Below, piece after piece: positions 46,546 to 61,794 of a stretch of DNA of 64,000 bases. The notes beneath the pieces were generated by a model. The model was given only the letters and a program-made list of their open reading frames with translations. It had not been told where the DNA came from and ran no database searches. Both the position numbers and the translations under genes were made by a program. Origin of the DNA: Paraspadella gotoi. Lineage: Eukaryota > Animalia > Chaetognatha. Position 1 is the first letter of the stretch; the number at the start of each line of letters is the position of its first letter. The stretch covers positions 9,536,339-9,600,338 of the forward strand of contig CM119267.1 in NCBI GenBank assembly GCA_051294375.1. The letters are read 5' to 3'.

Positions 46546-48670
46546 TGAAATTTAATGTCAACAAACATCTCATCACCAGTCGCTCTTTTCACTTGGCGCG
46601 TTTCCACTTTCCCGCCACAAAAACAATTTTTATTTTCGAGAATAAGACATCCGCCTTTGTTGTCTATTTTAACGAGATCTCCTTCGGATGTCGCGCCGAA
46701 AGGCGTCTCTTTTAACTACAGCGCCGCGCCTTTATTGGGCGTCTCTCCTAATCAGGCGACGGGCGCCATGGGAAAGGCGTGGGAGAGAGAGGGAGAGACT
46801 GAGAAAGAGGGAGAGGGAGTCGATGAAAAGGGAACGGAGAAAACAGAAGGAAAAAAAAGAGACGTTTTGTTTTGTTTATCAGTTCGAGCGACTCCGCGGC
46901 TCAGATAAAAATGAAATCAGTGGCCGCGCCAATACATGTAAATCACTTTAAAGGGCTTAAACTGAACTGTGACTGCGGCACTTAAAATATTTTGGTACTT
47001 GCAAAACTATCATATAAATCAAAATATTATTTTTGTTTTGATATATATTATATGATTAAAATGCTTTGATCAAGACATAGAATAAGAAATAGAATAAAAT
47101 AAAATAGAATAATAAAAAAAAATTATTAAAAATATAAAAAATATAATTTTTAAGATATTTAAGATAATAAAAAATTTAAAAACAATTGCTATTTTGTTGA
47201 AGAGCAGGTGCAAGTGACGCTTTTTCGTTGATTCCGATTTGGCCTTTTAGAATTTTTTTGCTTTTTTTTGGGGGGGGGGGTTAGGAAGGAGCGAGGTGGG
47301 GGAAAAGCTTGGCCGACAAAGGGGGGAATTTTGTTGGGGCAGGAGTCAGAGCCTTTCTTTTTTCATAATCGAAAGCCACACGAGTCACTTGTCGCGAGCG
47401 TTGTCACTTGAAGAGAAGAGAGAAGAGAAGGAATAGGAAATAAGGAGATTGGAAAAGAAAGTAGAGAAGTAATGTCCTCGCTGTCGAGGTGAGGAAGAAA
47501 AGGAAGGAAAGAAGAAAGGATGGAAGGAAGGAAGAAAGGATAGAAGAAGGAGGAAGAAAGCATGGAAGAAAGGATGAAGGAAGGAAGGAACGAAGAAAAG
47601 AAGGAAGGAAGAAAGGAAAGAAGAAAGGGAGGACGGAAGGAGGAAGGAGGGAAAGAAGTAAGAATGGAAGGATGGAAGGAAGAAAGGTAGGAATGGAGGA
47701 AGAAAGAGGAAGGAAAGAAGAAAGGAAAAAGAAGTAGGAAAGGATGGAAGGTAAGAAGGATGGAAGTAAGAAAGGATGAAAGGAAGAAAGGCAGGAAGGA
47801 ATAATAGGAATCGAAAGTTAGGAAGTTAGAAAGGAAAAAAAGGAATGAAGAAAAAAACCAAGGAGAATGAACGAAGTAACGAAGGAAGAACGAGGAAGAA
47901 CCGTGACGACCCTGCGTCGTCCACTTCGCTCCCTGTTTCTGTTTGTTTTTTGTTTTCGTTTTGCCAGCGACTCAAGCGACCAAAATATATTCCTTTCCTT
48001 CCGTTGTACGTCTGTCGCAGCATTTCGGGCGTCGCCCCTTCATGTTTTTTAAACTGCTCTTTGACGTCGCCAGGGTTTTTTTTTTATTACGTGTTTTTCT
48101 TTCTCTATCCTTCTCGGTGATATTCGTGGGTTCACAGAAAATTCCATCTTTCTCTTTGAATTTTTTCCCTATTTTTTAAAACTTATTAAGTATATAATAA
48201 TATAATTCTTTTCTTAGAGTTTTCTCTTCCAATCCATGTTGTCTTCACATTTTCCTTCTTTCTTTCTGCGGCGCAGATTTTCATCTTCCCGTCATAATTT
48301 CACTCTACGTTTTCCTTCCACCTTAATTCCTTTCCTTTTACGCCCCATAATTTTTAATCTTTTTTTTTCTTTTTCTCGCTTGTCTTCGTCTCACTTTATC
48401 AGCCTTGGTCCCTCTTTATCTTTCTTCGTCTCTCTCGGTCTTCATTCCGGATTTTTTTTTTTCTTCTCATAGCATTTTACTTTTACGCCTTTTCGCGGCC
48501 TTGTTTTCTTTCGTCTCTCTCGTCGCCCTTTGTTTACTTTTCGCCTCTTTAATCACCTTTGTTTTCTTTCCCCTCTATTCGCCTTCATCTTATTTTACTT
48601 ATCCTTTCTTGTTTTTCTTAGTTTCTCTGGTTTCTTTTAGTCTTTTACCTTTTTGTCTCTCATTGTTTCG

Positions 48671-48749
<79 letters not shown>

Positions 48750-50690
48750 CTCTCTCCGTCAACCCCGATCGCTCTTCGCTTTTCGCGCTCCTTCCATCAT
48801 AATAATCTTCGTCGGTGACAACCGAGTTCTTCGCTTCTGGAACGAGGACGCATTTCTCGTATATATAAGAAGAAGAGAGAGAGAGAGAGAGAGAGTAGAG
48901 AGAAGAGAGGAGAGAGAGAGAGAGAAGAAAAGATATACTGCAGATTCGATATTCTATACACCCGAAAAAAAATCGGAATATGAGCTTACGCTTACTTTCC
49001 TAAAACAAAACCACGCCGCAGAATTACGCCGCGTCTGGTTACCCGCGAGTTACCGTCGCAACGCCCCTGCTTCGTCATCCCGACGCCATCTTGCAAAAAA
49101 AAAAAAGAAAAAAAAAAGAGCGCGCTTCGATGCCACTATTCACTTCTTGCCGTCACTCTTAATTTGGGGGCGCGCGAGCCACCGACTCTCCGTCACAAAA
49201 TAAAGGCGGACTGAGATTCTTCGCCACCAAGCGGATATTCTTCTTTTTTTTCAAAAGAGGCTGTCGAGATTCTCCTAGAGGATTTAGAATCTATGCGACG
49301 AGTCTTCTCCCTTCCTTCCTTCTCTCCCCAGATTTCCTCCCCTCTCTCCTCTTGATACGGAGTTTTTAGGGTCACCTTTCATCCGGGTTTCGCGTCCTCG
49401 ACATTTCACGCGATTCTTTATGCGTCTCCGACTTTTTTCATTCTATTCCGCGACGAATCGAGTTTTCTTTTCCATAGAAAAAGATTCTTCCGTCGTTTCT
49501 TGGGGCGAGAGACTGACTGACTGAGTAGTAGTCGGCGTTTTGCCCTCACGCGAGCGAACGATAAATAAATAAATAAATTTAAAAAAAAAAAGTTAAATAA
49601 TAAAAAATAAATAATAAATAATAAAAATAAAAAAAATAAAAATAATAATAATAAAAAAAATAATAATAAAAAAAATAATATAAAAAAAAAATAATAAAAA
49701 TAATAAATAAATCAATAAAACGTCTAACCCTTCCAATCAATTTATCAAAAATCTATAAATCATGATTAATATACTCTGGGATAAGGCGCAAAGTGGGCTG
49801 AGATGACTATCCATAACTTCTATAACCCCTCTAGCAATATGGAACGGGTACTGGGCTGGAACCAGGCTTGAGGTTACGCCGTCTCACGCTTCCAACAGGT
49901 AGTACGGGTGGATTGAACCCGGTACCTAGTGTCATGAGCTGATGCTTTACTAATGAGCACCGGGTCAGACTGAAGTGTCATGCTTATAGCGGGGTGAACC
50001 TAGGCAATGCCCGACTACACTCTAAATCATGTAATCAAATAAATCATGAAATTTAATGTCAACAAACATCTCATCACCGTCGCTCTTTTCACTTGGCGCG
50101 TTTCCACTTTCCCGCCACAAAAACAATTTTTATTTTCGAGAATAAGACATCCGCCTTTGTTGTCTATTTTAATCGAGATCTCCTTCGGATGTCGCGCCGA
50201 AAGGCGTCTCTTTTAACTACAGCGCCGCGCTTTATTGGGCGTCTCTCCTAATCAGGCGACGGGCGCCATGGGAAAGGCGTGGGAGAGAGAGGGAGAGACT
50301 GAGAAGAGGGAGAGGGAGTCGATGAAAAGGGAACGGAGAAAACAGAAGAGAAAAAAAAGAGACGTTTTGTTTTGTTTATCAGTTCGAGCGACTCCGCGGC
50401 TCAGATAAAAATGAAATCAGTGGCCGCGCCAATACATGTAAATCACTTTAAAGGGCTTAAACTGAACTGTGACTGCGGCACTTAAAATATTTTGGTACTT
50501 GCAAAACTATCATATAAATCAAAATATTATTTTTGTTTGATATATATTATATATTTAAAATGCTTTGATCAAGACATAGAATAAGAAATAGAATAAAATA
50601 AAATAGAATAATAAAAAAATTATTAAAAATATAAAAAATATAATTTTTAAGATATTTAAGATAATAAAAAAATTAAAAACAATTGCTATT

Positions 50691-50878
50691 TGTTGAAGAG
50701 CAGGTGCAAGTGAAGATCTAGTAGGTGCAGATAAAGTTTAATTTCAATTTTCCTTTATCTTGAAAAAGCTTCTGAAGATCTTGTAGATCCATCTGGTTTA
50801 AAACAGGTAAAAATTTGCTATTCTGTTAAAGAGCAGGTGCAAGTAAGATTTAGTGGGTGCAGACAGAAGAGCAAATTC
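50691..50878 (+). repeat. Start of a ~133-bp tandem repeat running into the gap
   Basis: TGTTRAAGAGCAGGTGCAAGT..AGATYTAGTRGGTGCAGA at 50691 and 50824. Confidence 0.6.
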
Positions 50879-50903
50879 NNNNNNNNNNNNNNNNNNNNNN
50901 NNN
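50879..50903. other. Assembly gap (25 N)
   Basis: Run of 25 n. Confidence 0.99.
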
Positions 50904-51723
50904 TATAGAAAGTAAAGGAAAAATGCTCATAGTAGAGAAAGTATGAGACAAATTCTCTTATTAGGAAAAAAAGTTAAACAGATAGAAAAAAAATGAATTG
51001 TACTATTTCAGGGAGTAAGTGATTTACAAAAATTAAATGAAAGAAAGAATATTAAAAAACGAGTAAGATAGAAAAGAGCCACCTAAAAATAGACCGAGAA
51101 GCTAAACTCGGATTTTCAAAAAACCTTGAATAAATGATTAGACTGGCATATAATGCAATTCAAACCTCGAATGATGAGTACTCTATGCTCGAGCTGGAGC
51201 CAGCTTGGTAAAAAGGGTTACACTTTCGTGCGTAAGACACAAAGTCATGCTTCTAAATTATTCGGAAAAAAGTGGCCCCCCCATTTATTTTGGTTTAAAA
51301 TGCCATCCATCTCTACATCCATCTTGTTCACATTTTGGTTCTTTATATCTTCGTTCACCTTCAGTTTATTTTCCTCGTAACGCTCCGAGTTTTCGCAGTT
51401 GTTACAGTCATATTTCGTAACCTAAGATCGTGAGTTTTAAAAGTAATAAAACGAGAAATATGTCCTCTCGCTCGCGAAAAAAAGAAGAAGAAAAGAATAG
51501 GAGACAACGACCTTGTCTCAAACCAATAAACGTTTTCGTTTTACGACTCCCCCCCCCCAAACGTCGTCGTCGACTCCTCGGTTTGTCCTTGTAATTTCTC
51601 AAAACTCTCTCATCTCCGTCAGAGAGAGGAGAGAGAGAGAGGAGAAGTGAGAGAGAGGGAGAGAAGAGAGAGAAAGGAGGAAGAGAGGGAGGGGAGAGAG
51701 AGAGAGAGAGAGAGAGGAGAGAG

Positions 51724-51759
<36 letters not shown>

Positions 51760-52648
51760 TAAAGAAAAAGAATGTTCCTTTTTTTCGCGCTCGATCGAAC
51801 TTTGCAATCTCTTCTTGCTTTTCGCCCCGTTGCCTTTATACTCTTCATTATGTGAAGATGTTACTTTTTTTTTCTCTTTCTCTTTCTTTTTTCTTTCTTT
51901 TCATTTCACGGGAGATAAAACCGCTTTTCTTATGATCGGAGCGCGAGGTTGCCAATTTGCCTCGATTCACAACCTTTTTGTCTTGACTTTTTTTTTTCTC
52001 CGGCGTTGAAGTGTGAAAGAAACTTTTTTTTTAAGTCTCTGATGAAATCTATGTGTGTTTTATATAACTTTGTACCAAGAATTGGTATATAGAACAAGTA
52101 CTGATATATTATTTTAGTATAGTTGCAAAGTAGTATAGTAGATAGTAGATAGTATAGAATTAGTAAATTTTTTCCTTTTTGTTCTCAATCATTGTTGATG
52201 GGGGTTGCTAAGTTTTTAGGGTCGGAATGTGGAAACAACTATCAATCAATCAATCAATCGGCGATCGGTTTTTTTTAAAACGTTACTAAACTTTAAAGAT
52301 CTTAACATTTTAGTCTTGTTTTAAATGACACTCAAGAATTTACTCATGCGCTGATTTACTCTTGCGATTTACTCTTCGACAATCCTGTCACATAGACTCA
52401 CCTTTCTGACGTGAAAGCTCGAATACTGTCGGGGAGCTTTTCAAATGTTTAAACTGTTTGTAATCTCACCTATTGTACCCCAAAAATACTGAAATAAAAA
52501 TGAATGATTATTTACGAATGTTAAACAAATAAAGAGATGAATCGAGTTCATCGATTTTTATATCAGAGGCAAATAAAGGCGGAGGCGGGGACAGTCAGAT
52601 ATCTGACCGATAACAATGAAGACTGACTGGGCAATTTTCTAGAGAGAG

Positions 52649-52737
<89 letters not shown>

Positions 52738-53374
52738 AAGAATGCAAGTGGGTGAGTTCTCTAAATCGCAGAGAAGACGTCATCTTTTTTTGGGCGCCTC
52801 TACGCCGTCGTCTTCTTTTTCCTCTTTTTTCTTTTCGCTCTTCGTCGTCGTCATCGTCTTCTTCTTTGTCGTCGTTTTTTTCTTTGTCATTGTCGTCTTT
52901 TTCTTTGCTCTCTTCGTCGTCGTCGTCATCCACCGCTTCATCATTTTCCCGTCGACTTCGTTCTCTTCGGCTCTTTCGTCTTCTTCGCCTTTGTCGTCTT
53001 CTTCCTCGTCCTCTTCTGCCTCCTCGTCGTCTTCTTCGTCGTCTTCATCGTCGTCGTCGACAGGCCATCACCGATCAGACGTCTTTAGAAATAGATTAGC
53101 GCCAAAAAAACTTATCGGACTCGTGAGCAAAAAAAAAAAAGATTAAAAAAAAAAATAGGAAGAAAAAAAACTAAGTCTTTTTCTATCTTTTTCTTTCTTT
53201 TTCTTCTTTTTTTAAGGTCTTCCTCTGTTTTATCCTCCGCGTATAAGCCCAAGACGAGATTGGAAGGAGATTCGCTCTCTCACCCACTCAGCAGCCGCGT
53301 GAGTGAAGGATGGTGAGTTAATAGTTTCCTTTTTTTTCAATCCGGCGGTGTGGGGAGGGAAAGGATGAAGACAA

Positions 53375-53462
<88 letters not shown>

Positions 53463-53560
53463 GAAGAAGCGAGAGAGAGAGAGAGAGAGAGAGGTGTTTA
53501 CAACCTGTGGAAAAGCGTCGCGCTTACACTAAGAATTTCTCCGGCGATGGGAACGAATAA

Positions 53561-53920
53561 TTTTTAGTTGCGCCGCGAGTACTCGTGGAGCAACTCTATA
53601 ATTCACTTTTAGGTCGGTCTGTCGGTCCGTCGGTATTTCTGGCCGTTTGTCTGTCCCACTTACGTTAAAAATGCATATAGTTTGCTTATACTTATCGTTG
53701 GTTGCTCATTTGTTAAGACAGAAAAAGACCTCAAATCTAAGGGACTGCGATCGCCGCCTTCAAAAATTCTTAAAACTATATGCAATAAAAGACGGAATTT
53801 TTATACAGCGCATGTCATAAATATACGTTTTTTAAGTCATGTCATATCATATGATCAAAGTGAAATACATGCGAAAATAAACTCACTGCGGCGCAACACA
53901 TTGGAATAACCCTTCTTGTT
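53561..53920 (+). mobile_element. HINE (Helentron/DINE-1-like) non-autonomous element
   Basis: 5' T-run and hairpin AGTTGCGCCGCGAGTACTCGTGGAGCAACT, then a (GTCG/GTCT/GTCC) microsatellite. The 3' subterminal inverted repeat GCGGCGCAAC precedes TTCTTGTT. A reverse-complement terminus also occurs at 35699-35719. Confidence 0.6.
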
Positions 53921-55788
53921 ATTACTAATTACTATATCGAAAAGCAACATCGATTGGTATGTTTGTGAATACGTCGGTCCAAAAAGGATGATATTCTTGG
54001 TTGTACGTACAGCATTAGTTTTGCTAGCCAAAAAAAAAAAATATTTACGTGTCTTTTATATAATTCGTAATCTTGTCTTTTCCAGACGTTTGCGCTTCCA
54101 TTCCTTTTTCGCTAACTTCTTTTGTTTTCCTCATATTTTTTTATCTTTTTTCTTCATTTTTCATTCTTTACTTTTTTCGTCGTTTTTTTTTTTCTCTTCC
54201 GTTGGTGAGAAGTTCTTTCTCTTGACTTTTAATCTCATTCAGCTTTTTTGTCTCCGGTGACTTTTTAAGTTTATCGCCGCAGAGGTTTCGTAAGTTAGAT
54301 AATTGTTTTTTATACCCATATTTTCAATTTACATTTGAGCTTGCCAATTTTTTTTTTCAGTTTAATCTTATTTCTTTTTCAATCAGAGAATATCACGTTA
54401 CGATTTATACCGTCTACCTTTGACTATCTCTTTGCTATATTCTTATTACATCCCCCCCCTTCCATTTTCCATTCATTTCTTTCCATTAATCGATCTTTTT
54501 TTTTCTCATTTTCTTCCCGGCTTCACCTCATTTTTTTTCTTGTCTGTTCCTTACATTTTTTTAAGTTATCTTTTCTCTTTTCTTTCATGTCAGACGTAAA
54601 TATTATTCTCTCTCTTCCTTTTTAAGTTTTTTTTTCTTATTTATTTCTTTTCCTTCTCTCAAATTAATTCTCTGATTTTGTCGTCGGTTTATCAGGCTTC
54701 CTTATTCTTTTTTAGACTGCTTAAAGATTATAATTTCCATTCTCCAAGAGCGGTTATAAGAACAAAACCTAAAATTAAACTATACTAACTTTCCAAAAGA
54801 CAACAGCAACAATTGAACGAAAACGACAAAAAGTTGACCAAACTTTTCGCCGTTTAACCCCAACTAAAATCTACTTCCTTCTAATTTTTTTCCCGCCATT
54901 TTTTTTTTTTTGGTTTTCTGCTGTTCTTGTGTTTGCCTTTAGTGTTGTTTTATCTCTCTTCCGCTTTGTCAATCGCGCCGGTTTGCCTCGCTTTTCAATA
55001 ACTTTTTTTTCCCCAGACTTGTTTTTGTTGACGCTGTTGTCGTTTTTCTTTGGACGATTTTTTCCCTTTTTTTTGCATCTCACAGATTTTTGTTTCCAAG
55101 TCGGCCATTTCTTTTCTCCTCTTTTTTTTTAGTTCCCTTTTTTAACTTCTTCTCTTTTTCCCCTCTTCTTTTCCTTCTCCATCCCCCCCTACAAATCTTC
55201 CTCATCAGATTTAATCGCTTTTCTTTTTTTTTCCTTATTCGCTCCCGATAATAATTAACTGTTAAGACTTCCGTCCCCGATATTTCTTTCTCTCTTTCAT
55301 TCCTTACTCTCATACTAAGCACAAATGGGAAACTATAAAGCACTCGTATGTACTATTAAAATGATTATCGACGTAAATGAACCAACAGTTAATCATATTT
55401 CTTTTATTTTATTCGATGACATTTTTGTCTTATTCATTTGTGTCGTTTTATACATTTTTTGTCAACACTATTTTTGTTTTATAACTTCCGTTACATTTTC
55501 TCTCACTGCCTTCTTCCTTCGCTCTCCTTTTTCTCTTCCTTTTTATTATGTTATTATATTATTATTTTATTATATAAACTCTCTTCAGCCGCCTTCTCCC
55601 TTCCTTCCCTTTATTTTACTTCCTTCTTTTCCTTTTTCTTATCCTTGCTTCCTCCCCACTTCCCAACGTCCTGCCCACGAAAAGCAACTTGGAACGCTGA
55701 CCTTCTTTCGCCTTCAATCATTTCGCCATCGGTTTTTTTTTTGTTCCACCGACGTTAACCGCTTGCCAAATGGTGAAAAGAGAGAGAG

Positions 55789-55871
<83 letters not shown>

Positions 55872-56334
55872 ATCTTTCCATCTTTAGCCGATTGTCAGGA
55901 GCCAGGCAATGGCAAATTGTCTGTCGCTGAGAAAGAAATTTTCTTTTCCTTCTGACATATATAGAGTTAATTTCTTCTACTTAAAATACTAATGTTGTGC
56001 ATCAATAAATGCATATTAAAGACATGAAAATTAGTATAAATATAGTTTAGGTGTGGCGGACTTGTGGTCAAAAAGATTATGCGAATGTATTCCGTGTCAT
56101 TCAGGATAGAATAATGTGAAAATGCCAAAGCTGCTAAAGATAATTATGAGTTAAAGATTCTCTTTCAGTTTTTACTACGACAAGCCCAGTTTTTTTCAAT
56201 AAGAGAAAAAAAAAGCAGCTAATGGTTTTCTTTACGAAGAAAAAAATATGGGATAAACATTTAAAAACAAAGTGAAGTTTCCTCTACATCTGTTTCTTCT
56301 CTCTCTTTAACTAATAACCATATCCGGTCTCGAA

Positions 56335-56392
<58 letters not shown>

Positions 56393-59300
56393 ATGGATGA
56401 AAGAAAAGATTAAAACGTCGGTTGACTTCCGGAACAATTACTGCACATCATAATTAACACAGTTTTGCTTTAAGAGATTGTCTTGATTTCCCAAGTTCCA
56501 AAAGGGTCCATTCCATTTCCGACGAATCAATTCGATTCAATTTACTCTCTCTCTCTCCCTCTCTCCCCTCCCTCTCTTCCTCCTTTCTCGCTTTCTCTTT
56601 TTCTCACTGCAATAATCCAATAATCGGTGATCCTCGACTAGCGACGGCGCAGATACATCTTAACTTCTGACGTGTCTTTCTCATCGTTTCACTTTGTCTG
56701 ACATCGTTTGCTTTTTAGATGTCTTTACAAGTGCGTTAAATAGGGAAACATTCTATAGTTTGTCACTTTTCTGTATGTAGACTCTACAATCTACTTTGTA
56801 CTCGTAGACTATTGACTGAAAAAAGCCACATTGCCTCTCTGATCACGCAACGAGATTTGTACGTGGCCACTGGCCACATGACTACGCAATAAGGCGTAGT
56901 GAAAGTTGCAGATCAAAATTCGAATAGTCAATCTTGAACAGTTTTGGACGAAAGAATATTTTTCATTATATAGTAATATAATAATTTTAATTAGACTAGT
57001 ACCCTCAGAAAAAAATTATTTTAGACAAAAAATATTTTAATACTATAATCTATGCTCATGATAGATTATTTTAACGCGGTATACATTAGCATTTAAATTT
57101 CATCGGCTATGGCTATCGTTTGTCGTCTTTCTCATCAGTTTCACCGAGCTTCGCGGTCATCGGCCTCCGGATGCGCGGCCACGGATATTCGGATGACGTC
57201 TGGCGGACGTTGACGCTTTTTATGACGAGTGCGTTTATAACGAGGCTAATCTCGCGCTAATCAAAACGAGGTCCCCCGCGACAAGTTGGATGGGCGCCAG
57301 ACCTCGAGATATGATTTCCGATTCGAGCCAGAGGATCGACTTATGTAAATGGTTCAACCAAAATCAGCTTCATATTCGCATAAAGTGGTCTAAATAAATG
57401 ATCCAGCTTTGTGGGACAGTCTAAAGGGAATTTGAGGTCCGAAAAGCTGAATTTCAATCGCTTTTATCAAACTTTGCGATCTTCATTTACCACAAAGAAA
57501 TAAAAAAAAGAAAACATAAACATTCCTTTGTTTTTCCCGACGACGGAACTCCCGGGACTTCATCAAGTCGATCTTGGAAGAGCGACTTTGGAAAAAAAAT
57601 TGTCGGCGACGCTTCAACTGTCAATTTGTCATGACTCTCGAGTCGCTGAGAGGCGGACGGTCGTCGCCGCTGCAGCCACGTCCGACGCCGCAGCCACCGT
57701 TTATGCTGCAACGTCAGCTGCAGTCCGCTTTTGAATTTTTAATTTGCCTTCTAATCATTCCCGAATAATCTGCTCAGCGACTAACGACTAACTATGAGCT
57801 AAAAAAAAAAGACAAATAACTTTCTAGATTTTTTTCCCAAAGTCGATATTAGATTGCTCTTTGATCAATTAATAAAATATTTATCTTTGAAAATATTTTG
57901 TTTTCGCTTAATGATTAATCCCTTCTTTCTAAATTAACCCGTAAATCAAGAACAAACTGCGGAATCTGGAAACATATATCTGCATAAATCAATCCTGAAA
58001 AATAATATACGTTAGAGGGGGATAGGGTGTTAGTCCGGGAAAATTATGAGCACGAGAAAAGGTAAAAAGGACGAAATATAAAGCAAACGGACTCACCTTG
58101 ATGTCAGTGAGGCGGGCGGAGTGCCAACCGGAGGCGAGTTGTGATGCGCTACCATGGCCCCCGCCTCCCCCGCGGGCGTCAGTTTGGAAGCTTTGATGAA
58201 GTGATTTAAGGTTCTCGGCAAAGGCCACATAATTTATCTATAATCTTATTTGCTCTTTTTCTCCATCTTCTCGGCTCCCCGCGACCACCGGCCCATCTCG
58301 TACCCCCTACTTAGTTTCGCTCCCCGAAGCTGGTCCCTCCCTCCTCTCCTACTTCCGCTATTATCCCCAGATCCCCAAATCCCCAGATCCCCATTCCCCT
58401 CGGAGATTATTCGAAAATATGGTCAATGGTCATAAGTATTGATAACGAGGCAACGGATCTCTTTCGCTTTTTGACGTCATTTCGAGATCAACGAGCCGAT
58501 TCTTGATTTTATTTATTATTGATAGGGAATGAGAGAGAGGGAGTTAGAGTGAGGCAGAGAGCGAATACGTCAAGGAAAGACAGACAGAGTGAACCGGAAT
58601 TGCATTGCAATTTTGTTTTATTTCCATTTATTAAATTTATTAAAATTTATTGAATACTATTTATTTCATTACAAATTTTATTTTATTAAATTCATTCATT
58701 TCCATAACACAAGTAGTTAGTGGCGTCCTAGAAATAAAAAAGTTAGTTGTTTTTACTAGTTCTATGTCTATGTATTAGTATTACGTAGAGACAAAGATTA
58801 ACGCTATTTTAAAAAGGAATACGTCCAGGGATTTGCACGCGCGCGAAATGGCCGCGTCGCGCGCACTTTGAACTTTCTTGGGCGAAAAGACATAAAGATG
58901 TCAAAGATACGGACTCGTCCGGTCTTTTTTTCCGGCCTTTCCCGGACCATCTCCGGTAATCACCACCAATTTTTTTTCCCCCGCCACTCTCTTCTTTTTT
59001 CTTTTATGAATCGTTGAAGGTTTCTTTGATAAATCGAAAACAGATATCAGATATCTTCGTCGCCATCTTTGGCCCAATCGTCGTTGTTATCGTCATTGCC
59101 AGCGTCACCTTCACCATCGAAGTCGTCGTCGTCGTCGTCGTTATCGTCGTCTCGATCATGAGAAACGCATGGCGCTTGTTTTCATCTTAGAGCAATAGTT
59201 ACCATTTTCTTTGTTTCTACTGCCATTCCTAAATCCTAAATATATAGTATATAGTACAGTATTTATATATGTAATATGTAAAATACATACATAATCATTG

Positions 59301-61552
59301 CCGCCTTTCTCCTTGGTCTCTCTCGTCGAGAGATCGTATTGCATTGCGTTTGTAAATTGATGCCTTCATTTCTCGATTAGGATTAAATTTCTCGTCTTTA
59401 AACGCAATTAGTGTTGCCTTATATTTAATTACATTCACCACTCCGACCTTCACGTCAGATGCGACATCTACGTAAATGTCCAATCGTTGATATTCAGTTT
59501 CATTTGATTCCAAGTTTAAGGCGACGAAAAAGACGATGACGACGCTGATCCTCTTTGCGTCATGTCAAACCTCTGAATCGAACGACGACGACAACGACGA
59601 CGAAAATGTCAAAATTCTTCTCCTTTCACATTTGACGGTGGATAGATATTTGCGAAAGAATTGCGATCTTTTCCCAGAGGATAATTTAAAAAAAATAAAA
59701 AACCCGATAAACTATTTGGAAAATCTCGATAGTAGTTTTGTAAATTTCTCTATCACTATATCATCGCAGTTGGAATCAGAACCGAAAATGGAATCGGATC
59801 CGCGACTCGAGTCGAATCCGCCTTCAGTCTCATTGGACGAACCACCAAGTGAATAGACCAATCTCGAGATGGACTTCAGGCCAACGGGAAAAATAATCCC
59901 GTGTTGAAGACCCCCGTTTGCCCTGTATAAATACTTTCCATTTTTGAACTGGTTCTTTCTGTCACAAATCTTGACACCGTCTCTGCTTGTCTTATTTCTG
60001 AGAATAAAATCCACTCTGGTTTCATGTTTCTGTCCACTTACTTAAATGTGACATATACGTACGTAGATTGTACAAAGTACATGGATAACTGAATTCAAGT
60101 AAACCCTGCTAAGCTTCTATGATGCTAAACTCCCCGCCGCCCAAGGTACTATTTTCTTTTCTCATTTTACTCATTCCCATGTCACTCTTTTACGTTTTCA
60201 TTTTTACTAATGATCGAGTTGTTTCCTTACTTCGTCCATACTTTCTCATTAGCATCTTTTTTCCCTTTTTCGATTTTCGCTTTGTCTTCCATCCTTTCCT
60301 TTTCACTTCCGCCATGTTTTTTTTTCATTTCGCTCCGAGTTCTCGACTCGTGATTTTTCTCGGGTTTTTTCACTAATAGACTCACAGACTGACAGACTCT
60401 CTTCTAATCTTTTTCACTGATTGTTGGAAAATTTCACTCTAGCGAAACCAGAAAATATTATAAATCAGTCCGATAAAAACGTATAGGGTAGTCTATGTAA
60501 GAATTCGAATTCTAAATAAGCTGGTTAAATTTATTTCGCAAACTTAATTCTTTTTCTTTTTTCGGGATTTTTAGCTTTTTTTCAAGCAAAGTATTGTTAT
60601 TAAACTTTATTACTTTTAAATTAATTGTGAGAATAAGCTTATAAAAAGCTGCTGAACAAATGTTTCTAAATAAATAAATATCGTTTTTCATCCGCACGGT
60701 ATTCAAATAATTAAATTAATTATAATATCACTGATATTATAATTAATTTAATTATGAGACTGATATTATCACTGATTATCAATGACTGATATTATCAGTG
60801 AATAACATTAATAACGACCAGCGAGATCGAGCTCTTTGAAAAAATCTCCGGAAGAGGGAGATATCGGACATCGCGGGCGTCGGGTTTTCTCGCCGCGAAG
60901 GTTAGGATATCTCTGGCAGCGACGCGCGACTAGTGACATTTTGCGCGAGATACGTGACGCGTGACCGAGCGAGACGAGGTTATTCTCCTGAGATAAAAGG
61001 GACCCGGTTTTTTTTGGGGTTTCTTACAAAATCTTATTTAGCCTTCAACATCACAAATTAGCGTCAAATATTTCCGATGTCTTATAATTTTATAATTAAT
61101 TTTATAATTTAATAATTTAGAATTTTAGTTGAAGCCGAAAATAGAATTTAGTTTTCGCCATTAGTTGTTCCCCGATCGGGCCTTCCCTGAGGTTCGAACA
61201 GTCAAGGTGACTCAAAGAAACTAAAATGAAGTTTTGGTCATGAATATAGAGCTCACGTCTCATCATCTTTTTTTCGCCTCAAAATCTCGTCTCCCTCTAT
61301 CGGCCGAACTATTCTACTTTCTTCATCTCACTCTTAACAAAACCCACACGCGGCTTCTCTCTCCTCTCACATTTTCTGTGACAAACTTCTCTAAATGAGG
61401 CGACCTTGATCTCATTCTCTCGGTGTCCTCGTGAGCGTCCTCTTCATCACTGCTTCCTTAGCCCCCCCCCTCGATTGAACGTATTTCCACTCAATCTTCT
61501 CTTCCCATCGATGCCACCGCGACAACGATGAACCTACGATGTCTCTTCTACA

Positions 61553-61598
<46 letters not shown>

Positions 61599-61794
61599 TC
61601 TCTCTGGAAATATATAATATATAAATAATTGAATTTATAGATTACGCAGTAGATGAATAAGTAAATATACCCAAAAAAAGTAATTAGTTAAAAAATAGAT
61701 TAATAAATATAAACAGATAAACATTAAAAAACTTTCATGACAATCAATCTCAATTTTCATCTCCCTTCGTTTCCTTTACTCTTTTTTCCCGGGG

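Larger units (their letters stand above)
43640..50713 (+). repeat. ~3.5-kb tandem duplication (43640-47217 and 47223-50713), probably an uncollapsed haplotype or gap over-fill
   Basis: Both copies begin TTTCGTTGAT(C/T)CCGATTTGGCCTTTTAG and end GAGCAGGTGCAAGTGA. Copy 2 has many single-base deletions and ends ~165 nt before a 25-N gap. Confidence 0.9.

Noticed and set aside
52595-53146. Acidic or Ser-rich ORFs in several frames
   Set aside because: They come from degenerate (TCG/TCT)n repeats next to a GA tract, with no splice or domain support.
57936-57957. AACCCGTAAATC, resembling the 5' half of miR-100
   Set aside because: The 3' half diverges and there is no complementary star arm or hairpin.
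59295-60014. Three moderately complex ORFs on both strands
   Set aside because: No recognisable motifs and no phase-consistent splice sites link them.
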